Shown: positions 1 through 12,263 of the stretch, in pieces
Layout of the letters: each line of letters begins with the position of its first letter
Position numbering within the stretch: position 1 is the stretch's first letter
Assembly: GCA_041395745.1 (NCBI GenBank)
Contig: JAWKZV010000001.1
Span: 305,127 to 369,126 of the forward strand
Direction: 5' to 3'
DNA: 64,000 bases
Source: Porticoccaceae bacterium
Lineage (GTDB): Bacteria; Pseudomonadota; Gammaproteobacteria; Pseudomonadales; Porticoccaceae
Position numbers and translations under genes: made by a program
Notes under the pieces: generated by a model
The model's database searches: none
Told to the model about the DNA's origin: nothing
Seen by the model: only the letters and a program-made list of their open reading frames with translations

Positions 1-17
1 CAACAGGTTGAATTTCA

Positions 18-1133
18 ATGAAAAAAGTCGGTTTTGTTGGTTGGCGTGGTATGGTCGGGTCCGTCCTGATGGACCGCATGCAGCAGGAAAATGATTTTGC
101 GCTGATCGAGCCCGTTTTCTTCACCACTTCCCAGCTGGGGCAGCCCGGTCCTGATGTGGGTGTGGCCGTGCCGCCGCTGCAGGATGCTAAAGATATCTCT
201 GCATTGGCCAAGATGGACGTGATCATCACCTGTCAGGGTGGGGATTACACCAAGGCCATTTACCCGGAACTGCGCAAATCCGGCTGGGATGGTTACTGGA
301 TTGACGCCGCTTCAGCGCTGCGTATGGCTGACGATGCCCTTATTATCCTTGACCCGGTCAACCTTAATGTCATCAAGGACGGCATTGCCAACGGCATCAA
401 AAACTTCATTGGTGGTAACTGCACCGTCAGCCTGATGCTGATGGCCATGGGAGGCCTGTTCAACAAGGGGTTGGTGGAGTGGACTTCTGCCATGACCTAT
501 CAGGCAGCCTCCGGTGCCGGCGCCCAGAACATGCGTGAACTGATTGCCCAGATGGGTGCCATCGAGAAGTCCGTGGCGACCGAGCTGGCTGATCCGGCTT
601 CTGCGATCCTGGAAATCGACCGCAAGGTGGCTGCTGTCATGCGCAGTGATAGCTTCCCCACTGAACACTTTGGTGCTCCTCTGGGGGGCGGCCTGATCCC
701 CTGGATCGATGTGCAACTGGAGAGCGGTCAGAGCAAGGAAGAGTGGAAAGGGCAGGCTGAAACCAACAAGATCCTCGGCCGTTCCGGCGATAGCCTGATC
801 CCGGTGGATGGCATCTGCGTGCGCATCGGCGCCATGCGCTGTCACAGCCAGGCGCTGACCGTTAAGCTGACTCAGGATGTGCCTCTGGATGAAATCGAAG
901 GCATGCTGGCAGAGGCCAACGACTGGGTACGGGTGATCCCCAATGATCGCGCCACCACTGTCAAGGAGCTGACTCCCGCCGCGGTTACCGGAAATCTGCA
1001 TGTGCCAGTGGGTCGCCTGCGCAAGATGAATATGGGCAGCAAGTATCTGGCTGCATTTACCGTGGGTGACCAGCTGTTGTGGGGCGCGGCTGAACCCCTG
1101 CGCCGTATGCTGCGTATCCTGCTGGAAGATTGA
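18..1133 (+). CDS. asd: Aspartate-semialdehyde dehydrogenase
   Basis: N-terminal [12 protein letters not shown] nucleotide-binding motif, catalytic [20 protein letters not shown]-terminus; proteobacterial Asd type. Confidence 0.97.
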   Translation: MKKVGFVGWRGMVGSVLMDRMQQENDFALIEPVFFTTSQLGQPGPDVGVAVPPLQDAKDISALAKMDVIITCQGGDYTKAIYPELRKSGWDGYWIDAASALRMADDALIILDPVNLNVIKDGIANGIKNFIGGNCTVSLMLMAMGGLFNKGLVEWTSAMTYQAASGAGAQNMRELIAQMGAIEKSVATELADPASAILEIDRKVAAVMRSDSFPTEHFGAPLGGGLIPWIDVQLESGQSKEEWKGQAETNKILGRSGDSLIPVDGICVRIGAMRCHSQALTVKLTQDVPLDEIEGMLAEANDWVRVIPNDRATTVKELTPAAVTGNLHVPVGRLRKMNMGSKYLAAFTVGDQLLWGAAEPLRRMLRILLED

Positions 1134-1139
1134 TCAGTT

Positions 1140-1168
1140 GACACCCCGCCCTGTGCGGGGTGTCTCTT
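1140..1168 (+). terminator. Probable intrinsic terminator after asd
   Basis: GACACCCCGC-CCTGT-GCGGGGTGTC, a perfect 10-bp stem 7 nt after the stop, followed by a weak T-rich tail (TCTTAT). Confidence 0.65.
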
Positions 1169-1384
1169 ATATCCCCTCGATCAATCTGTGTTTTTGTGCA
1201 ACTGATCATAAATCGGGGTGTTTGCCAGGTTGTTTTGAGTATTTTTGATCGCCGTAGCGGTTGAACAATTTTATTTACTCATAAATACTTGCAGCCAGAA
1301 CCTCACAACATGTAAATGGTTTCTTGTGTGTCCGTGCGGTCCTGACGGAAGGCGTTTCACACACAGCACAACAGGGAATATCGT

Positions 1385-3811
1385 ATGAAGTTACGTCACT
1401 TGACCTTGGCCGCCGGAATGCTCGGTGCAGTGATTTCCAACCACTCCGTGGCATTGGGGTTGGGGGAGATCAAGCTCAACTCTGCGCTGAATGAGCCATT
1501 GAATGCCCAGATTCAGTTGTTGAATGTGGGTGAGATGACTGAGCTGGAGATGCTGGTTGGTCTGGCTTCCCAGCAGGACTTTAGCAATGCTGGGGTGGAG
1601 CGTCCCTTTTCATTGACGGATCTTCGTTTCGAGATTGATCTCTCCAATCCGAAGAACCCGGTGGTTCAGGTAACTTCCCGCAAGCCGATTCGGGAACCCT
1701 ATCTGGATTTCCTGGTGGAAATGGATTGGCCGGCCGGTCGCCTGCTGCGCGAATACACCCTGTTGCTGGATCTCCCCGTTTACGCCACGGAGAAACCCGC
1801 CACAAAAAAGATTGAGGCTGCGAGCTCCGGCCCGCAGCCGACGCCTCAACCTCAGCGTCGACCTGTCGCTGCTCCCAGTTACGAACCGGCTCTGGCCGTG
1901 GGGGATGACGAGTACCGTGTTGGCAGTGGTGACACCGTCTGGTCCATTGCCCAGAAAATCCGGCCTGAAGGCGCTTCCATGGCGCAAACCATGGCGGCCA
2001 TCAAGCAGGCCAATCCCAGTGCTTTTATCAATGACAACATCAATCTGCTGAAGAAAGGTGCCGTTATTCGGTTGCCAGAAGGCAGTGATATCAATGCACT
2101 CGCTGCGGCGGAGAGCGCTGTCGAAGTCGGCTTTTCTGATAATACTGTAGCTTCTGACGACACTCAGGCTCCTCTGCTGGACGCTACAGCAGATAGCGGA
2201 AGTGACAGGACTGCGGGGGAATCTGGTGAAGGCCGCCTGAAACTTGCCGCGCTAGGAGCTGACGAAGCACTGGCTTCCACATCTGCGGGAGTTAACAGTG
2301 GTGAAGGTGCCGCTGCCGAAGGCTCTCTTTCTCCTGCTGAGCAATTATCTGCTACCCGTGAAGAGCTTGATAAGGCCAGCCGCGAAAACGCTGAACTCAA
2401 AGATCGCATTGCCAAGCTGGAAGAACAGCTTTCCACCGTGAACCGCCTGGTGGAAATCCAGGACGACTCCCTGCGTGGAGCGCAGGTAGCAACTCAGGCT
2501 GAGCCGGAACTACAGCCGGAATTGGCTAACGCTGCCGCTCCTGATGAGTCTGTTGTTGTGACCGAAGAGCCGGTTTCGTCAGTCGTAACAGATCAAGCTG
2601 CCGAAGTTCCGGAAAAACCAGTGGCGGCTCAGGAAAAACCAGCCGAAGGCAAAGGCTTTGATTTTGCCTCGTTGATGGATTATCTGCTGTATCCCGCGAT
2701 TGGCCTGCTAGCACTGCTGCTGGCGGCGTTGATGTTCTTCCGCAACCGCAAGCAGGATGAGGATTCTGCAGAAGAATTGTCTTTGCAAACGCTGGTCGAC
2801 AGGCAGGCGCCCGCGCAACCGGAAGATGATGATGCCCAGGTTCTCACCGCTGAGGACAAGGAATATATCGCCGAAATGGTTGACGAACTGGATGATCAGG
2901 GCTGGCAGGATCTAGAAGAGCTAGAAGAGCTGCGACTTGGTGAAGGGGAAGGAGTTGACCCCAAAGGGGAAGCAGACATCTACTTGTCCCTTGGTAATTA
3001 TCGTCAGGCAGAAAACATCCTCAAGAGTGCCATTGAAGCCGATCCGGCAGATGCGTCTCTGCAATTGAAATTGCTTGAAGTTTACGTCAATAGCAACAAT
3101 GTCGAAGCGTTCGATCAGCAAAGCCAGCAGTTGGCTTCTCTCAACAATGCCGAGGCAGATGTAAAGGCCGCGGCATTGCGTGCCGAGTTTGCTCCTTCAG
3201 CACTGGATCAGCTTGACGATTTCGACACTGACGAAGTTGCGGTGAGCGATTTTGAGTCCCCAACCGTGGATTTCGATCTGGGTGATGTGGGTGAGACTGA
3301 AATTCCAGATTTGGGTGCTACCCCGGTAAGCGCTGAGACTGAGGAAGAAGAAACTGAGTCACCTGTAGCGGTTTCCGATGAGCTGGTCCATCAGGATTTT
3401 GATCTGGACTTGGATCTGGAAGACCTCGATTTGGACTCCCTGGTATCGGAAATCGACCAGGATATGCCTGAAGCTGAGGTGGAAGATGTTGAGTTGTCAA
3501 GCAGTGATGAATTCCTGGTCGGCGATAGTCCCATTGAGTCCTTCGAGGCCCCTGACTCCATTGAGGAGGCAACCCTTGAAGAGCTGGAAGACGTCATTTT
3601 GGCTGACTCTGGTGAAGAGGGCTTTGACGATCTCAATGAGTTGAAGGCATTTGGTGATGAAGACGAGTGCGATACCAAGCTCGTTCTTGCTGAAACTTAC
3701 CTAGATCTGGGTGATCCTGAAAATGCTCGGGACCTGCTCAATGAAGTCCTCGAAGAGGGCAGCGAAGAGCAGAAAGACAAGGCTCGAAACCTGCTTGAAA
3801 CGGTGACCTGA
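1385..3811 (+). CDS. fimV: FimV/HubP family polar landmark protein
   Basis: Signal/anchor then ALGLGEIKLNSALNEPL; LysM (YRVGSGDTVWSIA...NPSAF); coiled coil; one TM helix; TPR (EADIYLSLGNYRQA); very acidic linker; C-terminal KLVLAETYLDLGDPENARDLLNEV. Usual position between asd and truA. Confidence 0.92.
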   Translation: MKLRHLTLAAGMLGAVISNHSVALGLGEIKLNSALNEPLNAQIQLLNVGEMTELEMLVGLASQQDFSNAGVERPFSLTDLRFEIDLSNPKNPVVQVTSRKPIREPYLDFLVEMDWPAGRLLREYTLLLDLPVYATEKPATKKIEAASSGPQPTPQPQRRPVAAPSYEPALAVGDDEYRVGSGDTVWSIAQKIRPEGASMAQTMAAIKQANPSAFINDNINLLKKGAVIRLPEGSDINALAAAESAVEVGFSDNTVASDDTQAPLLDATADSGSDRTAGESGEGRLKLAALGADEALASTSAGVNSGEGAAAEGSLSPAEQLSATREELDKASRENAELKDRIAKLEEQLSTVNRLVEIQDDSLRGAQVATQAEPELQPELANAAAPDESVVVTEEPVSSVVTDQAAEVPEKPVAAQEKPAEGKGFDFASLMDYLLYPAIGLLALLLAALMFFRNRKQDEDSAEELSLQTLVDRQAPAQPEDDDAQVLTAEDKEYIAEMVDELDDQGWQDLEELEELRLGEGEGVDPKGEADIYLSLGNYRQAENILKSAIEADPADASLQLKLLEVYVNSNNVEAFDQQSQQLASLNNAEADVKAAALRAEFAPSALDQLDDFDTDEVAVSDFESPTVDFDLGDVGETEIPDLGATPVSAETEEEETESPVAVSDELVHQDFDLDLDLEDLDLDSLVSEIDQDMPEAEVEDVELSSSDEFLVGDSPIESFEAPDSIEEATLEELEDVILADSGEEGFDDLNELKAFGDEDECDTKLVLAETYLDLGDPENARDLLNEVLEEGSEEQKDKARNLLETVT

Positions 3812-3816
3812 TACAG

Positions 3817-4680
3817 ATGACCCAGGAGAGTTCCTGGGAGTATCTGCCCAATGGAATTGTGCCAGAGGGACAGGGGCTTCCGGAAGGTGTAAAGCGTATT
3901 GCTGCTGCCGTCGAATATGACGGCAGTGCTTTTTGTGGCTGGCAGAGACAGACTCACAGCCCCAGTATCCAGTTTCATGTGGAAGCGGCGCTGACGCAGG
4001 TGGCCAATGAGCGCATCGGGGTGGCCTGTGCCGGGCGAACCGACACCGGTGTGCATGCCACCAACCAGATTATTCATTTCGATACCCGTGCGGATCGCAG
4101 TGCTCGGAACTGGGTGTTGGGGGTCAATGCCAACCTGCCGTTTGGAATCCGTTTGCATTGGGCGGAGGAGCGACCAGCTCAGTTTCACGCCCGTTTTGCC
4201 GCCACTGCGCGTACCTACCGTTACCTGATCGCCAATCAACCCCATCGATCGGCACTGTTTTACCACTGGCTGACCTGGGAAAAGCGACCGCTGGATGAAG
4301 GGCGCATGCACCGGGCAGTCCAGCTGTTGTTGGGTGAAAATGACTTCAGTTCATTCCGTGCAGCTGGCTGTCAATCCAACACGCCTAACCGCAATGTTCA
4401 CGCTGCGAGTGTCTGGCGTCAGGGAGAGCTCGTGATTCTGGAAATTACCGCCAACGCTTTTCTGCACCATATGGTACGCAATATTACCGGCGCCTTGCTG
4501 TGCGTAGGACGGGGTGACTACCCGGAAGAGTGGCTGGGAGAGCTGTTGGCTCTGCGCGATCGCACCCAGGCGCCACCAACGGCGCCACCCAATGGTTTAT
4601 ACCTGGTGCGGGTGGACTATCCAGACCGCTTTGACATGCCAAATTTCAAGCCGGGGCCGCAGTTTATCAGTGACAGCTGA
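3817..4680 (+). CDS. truA: tRNA pseudouridine(38-40) synthase
   Basis: EYDGSAFCGWQRQ, catalytic AGRTDTGVHA, NAFLHHMVRNITG, TAPPNGLYL. Confidence 0.96.
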   Translation: MTQESSWEYLPNGIVPEGQGLPEGVKRIAAAVEYDGSAFCGWQRQTHSPSIQFHVEAALTQVANERIGVACAGRTDTGVHATNQIIHFDTRADRSARNWVLGVNANLPFGIRLHWAEERPAQFHARFAATARTYRYLIANQPHRSALFYHWLTWEKRPLDEGRMHRAVQLLLGENDFSSFRAAGCQSNTPNRNVHAASVWRQGELVILEITANAFLHHMVRNITGALLCVGRGDYPEEWLGELLALRDRTQAPPTAPPNGLYLVRVDYPDRFDMPNFKPGPQFISDS

Positions 4681-4750
4681 GGGAGTTTTCCGGCAATAGG
4701 CGGACCCAGACCTTTTTGCTACAATCCGCCCCTTGCCATTGGAAGCCATT

Positions 4751-5371
4751 GTGAAACGAACCCGAGTCAAAATCTGCGGAATTACCCGAGTGGATGATGC
4801 CAGGGTGGCGGCCGAGGCCGGCGCAGATGCCATCGGTCTGGTGTTCTATCAGAAAAGTCCCCGTTTTGTGGAGCGCACTACCGCTGCGGCCATTGCCCGC
4901 GCCGTGGGTCCCTTTGTAACTACCGTGGGTCTTTTTGTGAATGCCCCTGCAGACGAGGTCCGGGAGATCCTGGATGCAGTGGACTTGCAATTGCTGCAGT
5001 TTCATGGCGATGAAGATGATGCCTATTGCCGCCAGTTCGGCAGGCCGTTCATCAAGGCCATCAGAATGTCTCCTGACCTTGATCTGAATGCAGAGGTGGC
5101 GCGCTTTCCCGGAGCCGGTGGTTTCCTGTTCGACGCATGGCATAAGGACAAATACGGCGGCACCGGTGAGACTTTTGAATGGCAGCGGCTGCCCCGGAAT
5201 GCCGATTTCCCACTGGTGTTGGCGGGAGGACTTACGCCAGCCAACGTGGCGGAAGCGGTCAGCAAGGTTGCCCCCTATGGCGTGGATGTGAGTGGTGGTG
5301 TCGAAGCGGCGCCAGGCATCAAGTCCGCCGAGCTTGTACAACGATTTATTACCCATGCCCTCAGTGGCTGA
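4751..5371 (+). CDS. trpF: Phosphoribosylanthranilate isomerase
   Basis: RVKICGITR, QFHGDE, GGTGETFEW, LAGGLTPANV, GVDVSGGVE. GTG start at 4751 preferred over the ORF-track start at 4733. Confidence 0.95.
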   Translation: MKRTRVKICGITRVDDARVAAEAGADAIGLVFYQKSPRFVERTTAAAIARAVGPFVTTVGLFVNAPADEVREILDAVDLQLLQFHGDEDDAYCRQFGRPFIKAIRMSPDLDLNAEVARFPGAGGFLFDAWHKDKYGGTGETFEWQRLPRNADFPLVLAGGLTPANVAEAVSKVAPYGVDVSGGVEAAPGIKSAELVQRFITHALSG

Positions 5372-5386
5372 TCTTGGGAGAAACCT

Positions 5387-6604
5387 GTGAACGATAAAAT
5401 CAACATCGATTTCAACCAGATGCCCGACGCTCGCGGCCATTTTGGTCCTTATGGCGGTCGCTTTGTATCCGAGACCCTGATCTATGCACTGGATGAACTG
5501 GAAAGCATCTACCGTCGTTTGAAAGACGACCCGGACTTCCAGGCCCAGTTCGACTACGACCTGGCTCATTATGTGGGTAGGCCGTCACCGCTGTATTTTG
5601 CTGAGCGGTGGACTCGAGAAACCGGTGGAGCCAAGCTCTATCTCAAGCGTGAAGACCTCAACCATACCGGTGCCCATAAGGTTAACAACACCATCGGTCA
5701 GGCTCTGCTGGCCAAACATACCGGCAAGAAGCGTGTGATTGCCGAGACCGGTGCCGGTCAGCACGGCGTGGCAACAGCCACTGTGGCTGCCCGTCTGGGG
5801 CTGGAATGCCATGTCTTCATGGGTGAGGAAGACGTGCGCCGCCAGTCCCTCAACGTCTACCGCATGAAGCTGCTGGGCGCCACGGTGATTCCGGTGACTT
5901 CCGGGTCGAAAACCCTGAAAGATGCGATGAACGAAGCCATGCGCGACTGGGTGACCAATGTGGACAACACCTTCTATATCATTGGCACCTGTGCCGGTCC
6001 GCACCCCTACCCGGAGCTGGTGCGCAATTTCCAGTCCGTAATCGGTCGTGAAGCGCGTCAGCAGTCCCTGGATCAGGCCGGTAAACTGCCGGATGCCCTG
6101 GTGGCCTGTGTGGGCGGTGGTTCCAATGCCATCGGCTTGTTTCACCCGTTTCTGGCTGACGAATCTGTGGCTATGTACGGAGTCGAGGCGGGCGGTTTTG
6201 GCCTTGCCACCGGCAAGCATGCGGCGCCACTGAATGATGGTATTCCCGGTGTGTTGCACGGCAATCGCACCTATCTGATGGAAGACGAAAACGGCCAGAT
6301 CATCGAAACCCACTCCATTTCCGCCGGCCTGGATTATCCCGGTGTCGGTCCGGAACATGCCTGGTTGAAGGATATCGGCCGAGTCAACTACGTCGCCATC
6401 GACGACGATGAGGCAATGGATGCATTCCGTCGCCTTACCAAGGTTGAGGGCATCATGCCGGCGCTGGAGTCCAGCCATGCGGTAGCTTATGCGGAAAAGC
6501 TGGCTCGCCAGATGGACCCCGAACAGATGATTGTGGTGAACCTGTCCGGTCGCGGCGACAAGGATATTCTCACCGTGGCCAACATTGATGGCATTACCAT
6601 CTGA
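5387..6604 (+). CDS. trpB: Tryptophan synthase beta chain
   Basis: [13 protein letters not shown] (PLP lysine), [43 protein letters not shown]. Confidence 0.98.
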   Translation: MNDKINIDFNQMPDARGHFGPYGGRFVSETLIYALDELESIYRRLKDDPDFQAQFDYDLAHYVGRPSPLYFAERWTRETGGAKLYLKREDLNHTGAHKVNNTIGQALLAKHTGKKRVIAETGAGQHGVATATVAARLGLECHVFMGEEDVRRQSLNVYRMKLLGATVIPVTSGSKTLKDAMNEAMRDWVTNVDNTFYIIGTCAGPHPYPELVRNFQSVIGREARQQSLDQAGKLPDALVACVGGGSNAIGLFHPFLADESVAMYGVEAGGFGLATGKHAAPLNDGIPGVLHGNRTYLMEDENGQIIETHSISAGLDYPGVGPEHAWLKDIGRVNYVAIDDDEAMDAFRRLTKVEGIMPALESSHAVAYAEKLARQMDPEQMIVVNLSGRGDKDILTVANIDGITI

Positions 6605-6645
6605 TTTGCCGCCTGGCCATAACAAGAATTGTTGGAAGTAACCGA

Positions 6646-7461
6646 GTGAACAGAATCAATAAACGTTTTGAAATGCTTCGCCAGCAGGGTCGCAAGGCTC
6701 TGGTTCCGTACGTGGTGCTGGGTGACCCCACTCCCGAAGTGACTTTGCCGGTAATGCATGCACTGGTGGCGAATGGTGCCGACATCATCGAACTGGGTGT
6801 ACCCTTTTCAGATCCCACCGCTGAAGGTCCGGTTATTCAGAAGGCCCACGAGCGGGCACTGGTCCATGGCAGCAGCTTGCACGATGCCCTGGCACTGGTG
6901 AAAACCTTCCGTGAAACTGACAAGGACACGCCGGTGCTGCTGATGGGTTACACCAACCCCATTGAGCGGATGGGCTACGACACCTTTATTCAGGCCGCTG
7001 TCGATGCCGGTGTGGATGGTGTCCTCACGGTCGACTTGCCCCCGGAAGAGGCTGAAGAGTTCAACGGTCACCTGCGCCAGGCCGGTATCGAGAATATTTT
7101 CCTGCTTGCCCCCACCAGCTCTGATGAACGTCAGAAAATGGTTACCGGTATGGCGGGAGGTTTTATCTACTATGTTTCCCTTAAGGGTGTTACCGGTGCC
7201 GGCCACCTGGATGTGGATTCAGTGCAGGAAAACGTCTCTCACATTCGTTCTTTGACTGACCTGCCGGTGTGTGTAGGATTCGGTATCAAGGATGGCGCGT
7301 CTGCCAGAGCGGTGGCTGAATTGTCTGATGGAGCGGTAGTCGGCAGTGTGTTGGTAAACCGCATGGCAACACTGGCGGAGTCCGGGGAGAGCAATCCGGC
7401 GGTTTACGCCGCGGCTGTTTCCGAACTGATTGCTGAAATGCGCAAGGCGCTGGATACCTGA
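6646..7461 (+). CDS. trpA: Tryptophan synthase alpha chain
   Basis: [40 protein letters not shown]; follows trpB. Confidence 0.96.
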   Translation: MNRINKRFEMLRQQGRKALVPYVVLGDPTPEVTLPVMHALVANGADIIELGVPFSDPTAEGPVIQKAHERALVHGSSLHDALALVKTFRETDKDTPVLLMGYTNPIERMGYDTFIQAAVDAGVDGVLTVDLPPEEAEEFNGHLRQAGIENIFLLAPTSSDERQKMVTGMAGGFIYYVSLKGVTGAGHLDVDSVQENVSHIRSLTDLPVCVGFGIKDGASARAVAELSDGAVVGSVLVNRMATLAESGESNPAVYAAAVSELIAEMRKALDT

Positions 7462-7466
7462 CGGGA

Positions 7467-8366
7467 TTGACTAAGACTTGGCTGGAAAAAATTCGCCCCA
7501 AGGGTCCGGGTACGGCAAAGAAGGATCGCACCCAGAGCGTCCCGGAAGGACTGTGGAAAAAGTGTCCCAAGTGCAGCGCGCCACTCTATCGCCCCGAGCT
7601 TGAGAAAAATCTCGACGTTTGTCCCAAGTGTGATCATCACCTGCGCATCGGTGCCCGTCGCCGTCTCGACTTTTTCCTCGATGAAGAGGGGCGCCAGGAG
7701 CTGGCTGTCGAGGTCAAGCCGGTTGATCGCCTGAAGTTCAAAGATGTACGCAAATACAAGGACCGCCTGGCCGATGCCCAGAAGGCTACCGGCGAAGACG
7801 ACGCCCTGGTGGCCATGCGTGGCACCCTGAAGGGGATGCCGGTAGTCGCAGTGGCTTTCGAATTCGCCTTCCACGGCGGCTCCATGGGCTACGTCGTGGG
7901 TGAGCGCTTTACCCGTGCTGCCAACGTGGCGCTGGAAGAGAACGTTCCCTTGGTGTGTTTCTCGGCTACCGGTGGAGCGCGCATGCAGGAAGCGCTCATT
8001 TCTCTGATGCAGATGGCCAAGACCAGCGCGGTCATCGAGAAGCTGAAAGCCCAGGGTACACCCTATATCTCAGTGATGACAGATCCTGTCTACGGTGGTG
8101 TGTCTGCCAGCCTCGCGTTACTGGGTGATATCAATGCCGCCGAGCCCGGTGCCCGCGCCGGTTTTGCTGGTCCCAACATCATTGAGCAGACCATTCGCCA
8201 GCGTTTGCCGAAGGGTTTCCAGCGTGCTGAATTCCTGATGGAGCACGGTGCGATTGACCTGATCATTCCCCGGTTGCAGATGCGCGATACCGTCGCTTCA
8301 CTGCTGTCCAAGTTCACCAACCGTCCGGAACCTGATAGCGTCGATGCTCCGGCATTCACTGAGTGA
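7467..8366 (+). CDS. accD: Acetyl-CoA carboxylase carboxyltransferase beta subunit
   Basis: Zinc finger WKKCPKC...[32 protein letters not shown] start. Confidence 0.96.
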   Translation: MTKTWLEKIRPKGPGTAKKDRTQSVPEGLWKKCPKCSAPLYRPELEKNLDVCPKCDHHLRIGARRRLDFFLDEEGRQELAVEVKPVDRLKFKDVRKYKDRLADAQKATGEDDALVAMRGTLKGMPVVAVAFEFAFHGGSMGYVVGERFTRAANVALEENVPLVCFSATGGARMQEALISLMQMAKTSAVIEKLKAQGTPYISVMTDPVYGGVSASLALLGDINAAEPGARAGFAGPNIIEQTIRQRLPKGFQRAEFLMEHGAIDLIIPRLQMRDTVASLLSKFTNRPEPDSVDAPAFTE

Positions 8367-9585
8367 ATGGCTGGAGCTGCTGCTACAGCGGCACCCCACT
8401 GAAATAGACCTCGGGCTGGCTCGGGTCAGCCTTGTTGCTCATCGACTCGGGATCACGTCTGCTGGCGCGGGAAAACCGGCCACAACTCTGGTGACTGTGG
8501 CCGGAACCAACGGCAAGGGTTCCTGTGTCGCCGCATTGCAGGCGCTGCTAACGGAAGCCGGTTACCTGGTTGGCAGCTACACCTCTCCGCACCTGATTCA
8601 CTACAACGAACGCATTGTCATCAATGGCGAAATGGCCACGGATGAAGCGATCTGTCGTGCTTTCGAGAAAATCGAGGCCGCCCGTGGTGATACCAGCCTG
8701 ACTTATTTCGAATTCGGTACCCTGGCCGCTTTCATCCTGATGGCAGAGGCTGGACTGGATGTTGCCATTCTCGAGGTCGGACTCGGCGGCAGACTCGATG
8801 CGGTCAATATCCTTGACGCCGACATCGCTATCGTCACCTCCATTGCCCTGGATCACAGCGACTGGCTCGGTGATGACCTGGACCATATCGGTGCGGAAAA
8901 AGCGGCCATTGCCAGGGCCGGGCGGCCACTGCTTTGCGGCGATCCTGCACCCGTTGCGGGTCTGGTAGCCGAAGCGGAGGCTATCGGTGCCCAATTGTTG
9001 GTGAACGGTCGTGATTTCAATGCGACCGCGTACCCCTCATTACCCGAACATCGCCTGCCGCCCAACAGTGTTGCCTGCGCGCTGCAGGCGGCGACACTGA
9101 TCACCGGGTTGTCTCCGGGCGAACTGGATTGCCGGTCTCTGGTCCGGGTGTGTGTCCCGGGACGTTTCCAGCAACTGGATGTCGCCGGGGTGCCGGTTAT
9201 CCTGGATGTGGCGCACAACCCCCAGGCTGCTCAACTGCTGGCGCTACGGCTGGCAGATAAGAGGGGAAAGCTGGTCGCGGTGGTGGGAATGATGGCAGAC
9301 AAGGATGTAGTTGGTTCTCTTTCTCCGCTGATACCTCTGGTCAAGGCCTGGTGTTTTTGCGATATTCCCGAGCAGCCGCGAGCAGCTACCGCGAGTAATT
9401 TGCGGGCATTGTTGTACAATGCCGGAGCTGCTGCGGACTGTGTGGCAGTCTGTTGTCCTTCTCCTGTCCCGGCATTCGAGCAGGGGCTTCGTATGGTGGA
9501 AGAGGACGACACTCTGGTGGTATTCGGCTCTTTTTACACCGTAGGGCCAGTACTGGAAACGATGGATCGATCCGGCAAAGAGTGA
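8344..9585 (+). CDS. folC: Dihydrofolate synthase/folylpolyglutamate synthase
   Basis: [51 protein letters not shown]; overlaps the accD 3' end. Confidence 0.95.
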   Translation: MLRHSLSEWLELLLQRHPTEIDLGLARVSLVAHRLGITSAGAGKPATTLVTVAGTNGKGSCVAALQALLTEAGYLVGSYTSPHLIHYNERIVINGEMATDEAICRAFEKIEAARGDTSLTYFEFGTLAAFILMAEAGLDVAILEVGLGGRLDAVNILDADIAIVTSIALDHSDWLGDDLDHIGAEKAAIARAGRPLLCGDPAPVAGLVAEAEAIGAQLLVNGRDFNATAYPSLPEHRLPPNSVACALQAATLITGLSPGELDCRSLVRVCVPGRFQQLDVAGVPVILDVAHNPQAAQLLALRLADKRGKLVAVVGMMADKDVVGSLSPLIPLVKAWCFCDIPEQPRAATASNLRALLYNAGAAADCVAVCCPSPVPAFEQGLRMVEEDDTLVVFGSFYTVGPVLETMDRSGKE

Positions 9586-9589
9586 AATC

Positions 9590-10120
9590 GTGCTGAGCGA
9601 AAATGTAAAACAGCGAATTGTTGGTGCTTCTGTCCTGGTGGCTATGGCGCTGGTTCTGTTTGCGGTGCTGTTTGATTTTTCCGATACGCCCCGTGTCGAC
9701 ACCACCTCAAGAATTCCCCCCAAACCCGAAATTGCCCCCGTCGAAGTGGCGGAACCGGTGCGCCCGGAAAACATCGATCCCGCCCCGGCTCCGGAAGAGA
9801 TCTATCAGCTGGGAGTTGATGAACCAGAACAGGCTGCCCCGGCTGAGCCCGAACCGCCAAAACTGAGTGAAGAGGGGCTGCCGGAGTCCTGGGTGTTGCA
9901 GGTGGCCAGTTTCCGCGATGCCGATCGCGCCAATGCCCTGGTGAAAAACCTGTTGGATGACGGCTATCGCGCGTTCGTGCAGCAGCAGAAGGACAGCCAG
10001 GGAAACCTGAGTCGGGTATTTGTCGGTCCCAAGGTCCAGAAAGAAAAACTGCTGCAGGAAAAGGCTGCTATCGATAAGAAATATGGCCTCAACACACTGG
10101 TTGTGCGCTTTGAGCCCTGA
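9590..10120 (+). CDS. dedD: SPOR-domain cell division protein (DedD-like)
   Basis: KQRIVGA plus TM anchor, Pro-rich linker, C-terminal SPOR (WVLQVASFRDADRA...RVFVGP); folC-dedD-cvpA-purF synteny. Confidence 0.85.
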   Translation: MLSENVKQRIVGASVLVAMALVLFAVLFDFSDTPRVDTTSRIPPKPEIAPVEVAEPVRPENIDPAPAPEEIYQLGVDEPEQAAPAEPEPPKLSEEGLPESWVLQVASFRDADRANALVKNLLDDGYRAFVQQQKDSQGNLSRVFVGPKVQKEKLLQEKAAIDKKYGLNTLVVRFEP

Positions 10121-10176
10121 CCTGCGGGCAGCTCTCTGCTAAACTTTGCCGCTCTTTTCCGGCTGGGAATCAAGAC

Positions 10177-10671
10177 ATGAACTGGGCTGACTGGGCGATC
10201 ATCGCGATTCTGGTGCTTTCTTCGCTAATCAGCCTGGTGCGCGGTTTTGTCAAGGAAGCCATGTCCCTGGTGATATGGCTGGCGGCTGCGGTCATTGCAT
10301 CCATTTTTCACGATGAACTTGCCAGCTGGATGGAGGAGCTTATCGCCACTCCGTCCCTGCGGTTATTGACCGCCTGGGTGACGTTGTTCCTTTCGGTGTT
10401 GCTGGTCGGGGGGATCTGCAATTACCTGCTGGGGAAACTGGTGGAAGCCACCGGTTTGACCGGCACCGACCGGTTGATGGGAATGCTGTTCGGTGTCACC
10501 CGGGGCGTGATCATTGTGATGGCGGTGCTGATCATCCTCACGGAGGTGTTGCCGGTCAGGGAAGATCCCTGGTGGCAGCAGTCGGTGATGATCTCATTTT
10601 TTATGCAATTTGAAGACTGGGCCAGGGATACCGGCGCAGCGGTACTGAACTCTTTAAAGAACCTGCTCTGA
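10177..10671 (+). CDS. cvpA: CvpA family membrane protein
   Basis: MNWADWAIIAIL...RGFVKE, DRLMGMLFGVTRG; directly upstream of purF. Confidence 0.92.
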   Translation: MNWADWAIIAILVLSSLISLVRGFVKEAMSLVIWLAAAVIASIFHDELASWMEELIATPSLRLLTAWVTLFLSVLLVGGICNYLLGKLVEATGLTGTDRLMGMLFGVTRGVIIVMAVLIILTEVLPVREDPWWQQSVMISFFMQFEDWARDTGAAVLNSLKNLL

Positions 10672-10722
10672 GAGCGGGGTGAATAGCTTGGTAAACGACT
10701 GTTGATAGAGGTTGCCTGCCCC

Positions 10723-12258
10723 ATGTGCGGTATAGTCGGAATTTTCGGTAAAAGCGATGTCAAACTGCAGCTCTATGATGCGCTGACCATGTTGCAACAT
10801 CGCGGTCAGGACGCCGCAGGTATCATGACCTGTGAGGGCGGTCGCCTCAACCAGCGCAAGGGCGTCGGCCTGGTGCGGGACGTTTTCCACACTCGGCACA
10901 TGGCAGAACTGGAAGGCAACATGGGTATCGGCCATGTACGCTATCCCACAGCCGGCAGCTCCGGCCCGGCTCTCGCGCAACCGTTCTATGTGAACTCCCC
11001 ATACGGCATCTGTATGGCGCACAACGGCAACCTCACCAATACCGAGGAATTGCTGGAGCACCTGTTCAAATCTGATCTGCGCCATATCAATACGGATTCT
11101 GACTCCGAAGCGCTGTTGAACGTGTTTGCCCATGAGCTGCATTTACAGGGCAAACTGCAACCGACTCCGGATGACGTTTTCGAGTCTGTGCGCCGCGTCC
11201 ATCGCCGCTGCCGCGGTGCCTACGCAGTGGTGGGCATGATTGCCAACTACGGACTGATCGCCTTCCGCGATCCCTCCGGAATCCGACCCCTGGTGTTCGG
11301 CAAACGCCAGACAGAGGATGGGCTGGAGTATATGGTGGCCTCAGAGAGCGTCGCATTGGATGTGCTCGGTTTTCAGATGGTCCGCGATCTGGCACCGGGC
11401 GAAGCCCTGTATGTGGACGAAAACGGCGAGCTGCATTTACAGCAGTGTGCGGAAAATCCGCGCCTGACTCCCTGTATTTTTGAACACGTTTATTTCGCTC
11501 GTCCGGACTCCATCATCGACAGTATCTCGGTATACAAGTGCCGGTTGCGCATGGGCGAACACCTGGCCGAGAAGATCCTCAGAACCTATCCGGATCACGA
11601 CATCGACGTGGTGATTCCCATTCCGGACACCAGTCGGGTTGCGGCCCAGTCGATCGCCGAGCACCTGCACGTCAAATTCCGCGAAGGCTTCATGAAGAAC
11701 CGCTACATCGGTCGCACTTTCATCATGCCCGGCCAGAAGGAGCGCAAGAAGTCGGTGCGGCAGAAGCTCAACCCGGTAAGACTGGAGTTCAAGGGCAAGA
11801 ATGTACTGCTGATTGACGACTCAATTGTGCGCGGCACCACTTCTCGGGAAATCATCCAGATGGCCCGCGATGCTGGTGCGCGTAAAGTTTATATGGCCTC
11901 CGCAGCCCCTGCGGTGCGGTACCCCAATGTCTACGGCATCGATATGCCCTCCGCCAGAGAGCTGATCGCCCACGACCGCACTGAACAGGAAGTCGCCGAA
12001 CTGATCGGCGCAGACTGGCTGATCTACCAGGACCTGGAAGATCTGGTGGCCAGTGCTATTGAAGGTAACTCCACCATTAAGTCTTTCGATTGTGCGGTAT
12101 TCAACGGCGAATACGTTACCGGCGATGTGGATCAGGCCTACCTCGACAAGCTCGATGCCATGCGTAATGACAAGGCGAAAAGCAAGAATGACAAGGGCTC
12201 CAAGGCTGGCAATGGCGTGCCGATCGGTTTGCACAATCCCGGTGCCGATGCTGAGTAA
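10723..12258 (+). CDS. purF: Amidophosphoribosyltransferase
   Basis: True start MCGIVG (Ntn-hydrolase Cys) at 10723; [32 protein letters not shown] motif. Confidence 0.98.
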   Translation: MCGIVGIFGKSDVKLQLYDALTMLQHRGQDAAGIMTCEGGRLNQRKGVGLVRDVFHTRHMAELEGNMGIGHVRYPTAGSSGPALAQPFYVNSPYGICMAHNGNLTNTEELLEHLFKSDLRHINTDSDSEALLNVFAHELHLQGKLQPTPDDVFESVRRVHRRCRGAYAVVGMIANYGLIAFRDPSGIRPLVFGKRQTEDGLEYMVASESVALDVLGFQMVRDLAPGEALYVDENGELHLQQCAENPRLTPCIFEHVYFARPDSIIDSISVYKCRLRMGEHLAEKILRTYPDHDIDVVIPIPDTSRVAAQSIAEHLHVKFREGFMKNRYIGRTFIMPGQKERKKSVRQKLNPVRLEFKGKNVLLIDDSIVRGTTSREIIQMARDAGARKVYMASAAPAVRYPNVYGIDMPSARELIAHDRTEQEVAELIGADWLIYQDLEDLVASAIEGNSTIKSFDCAVFNGEYVTGDVDQAYLDKLDAMRNDKAKSKNDKGSKAGNGVPIGLHNPGADAE

Positions 12259-12263
12259 GGTAT

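Noticed and set aside
2750-3700. Acidic low-complexity, quasi-repetitive stretch in fimV
   Set aside because: Normal feature of the FimV/HubP cytoplasmic linker.
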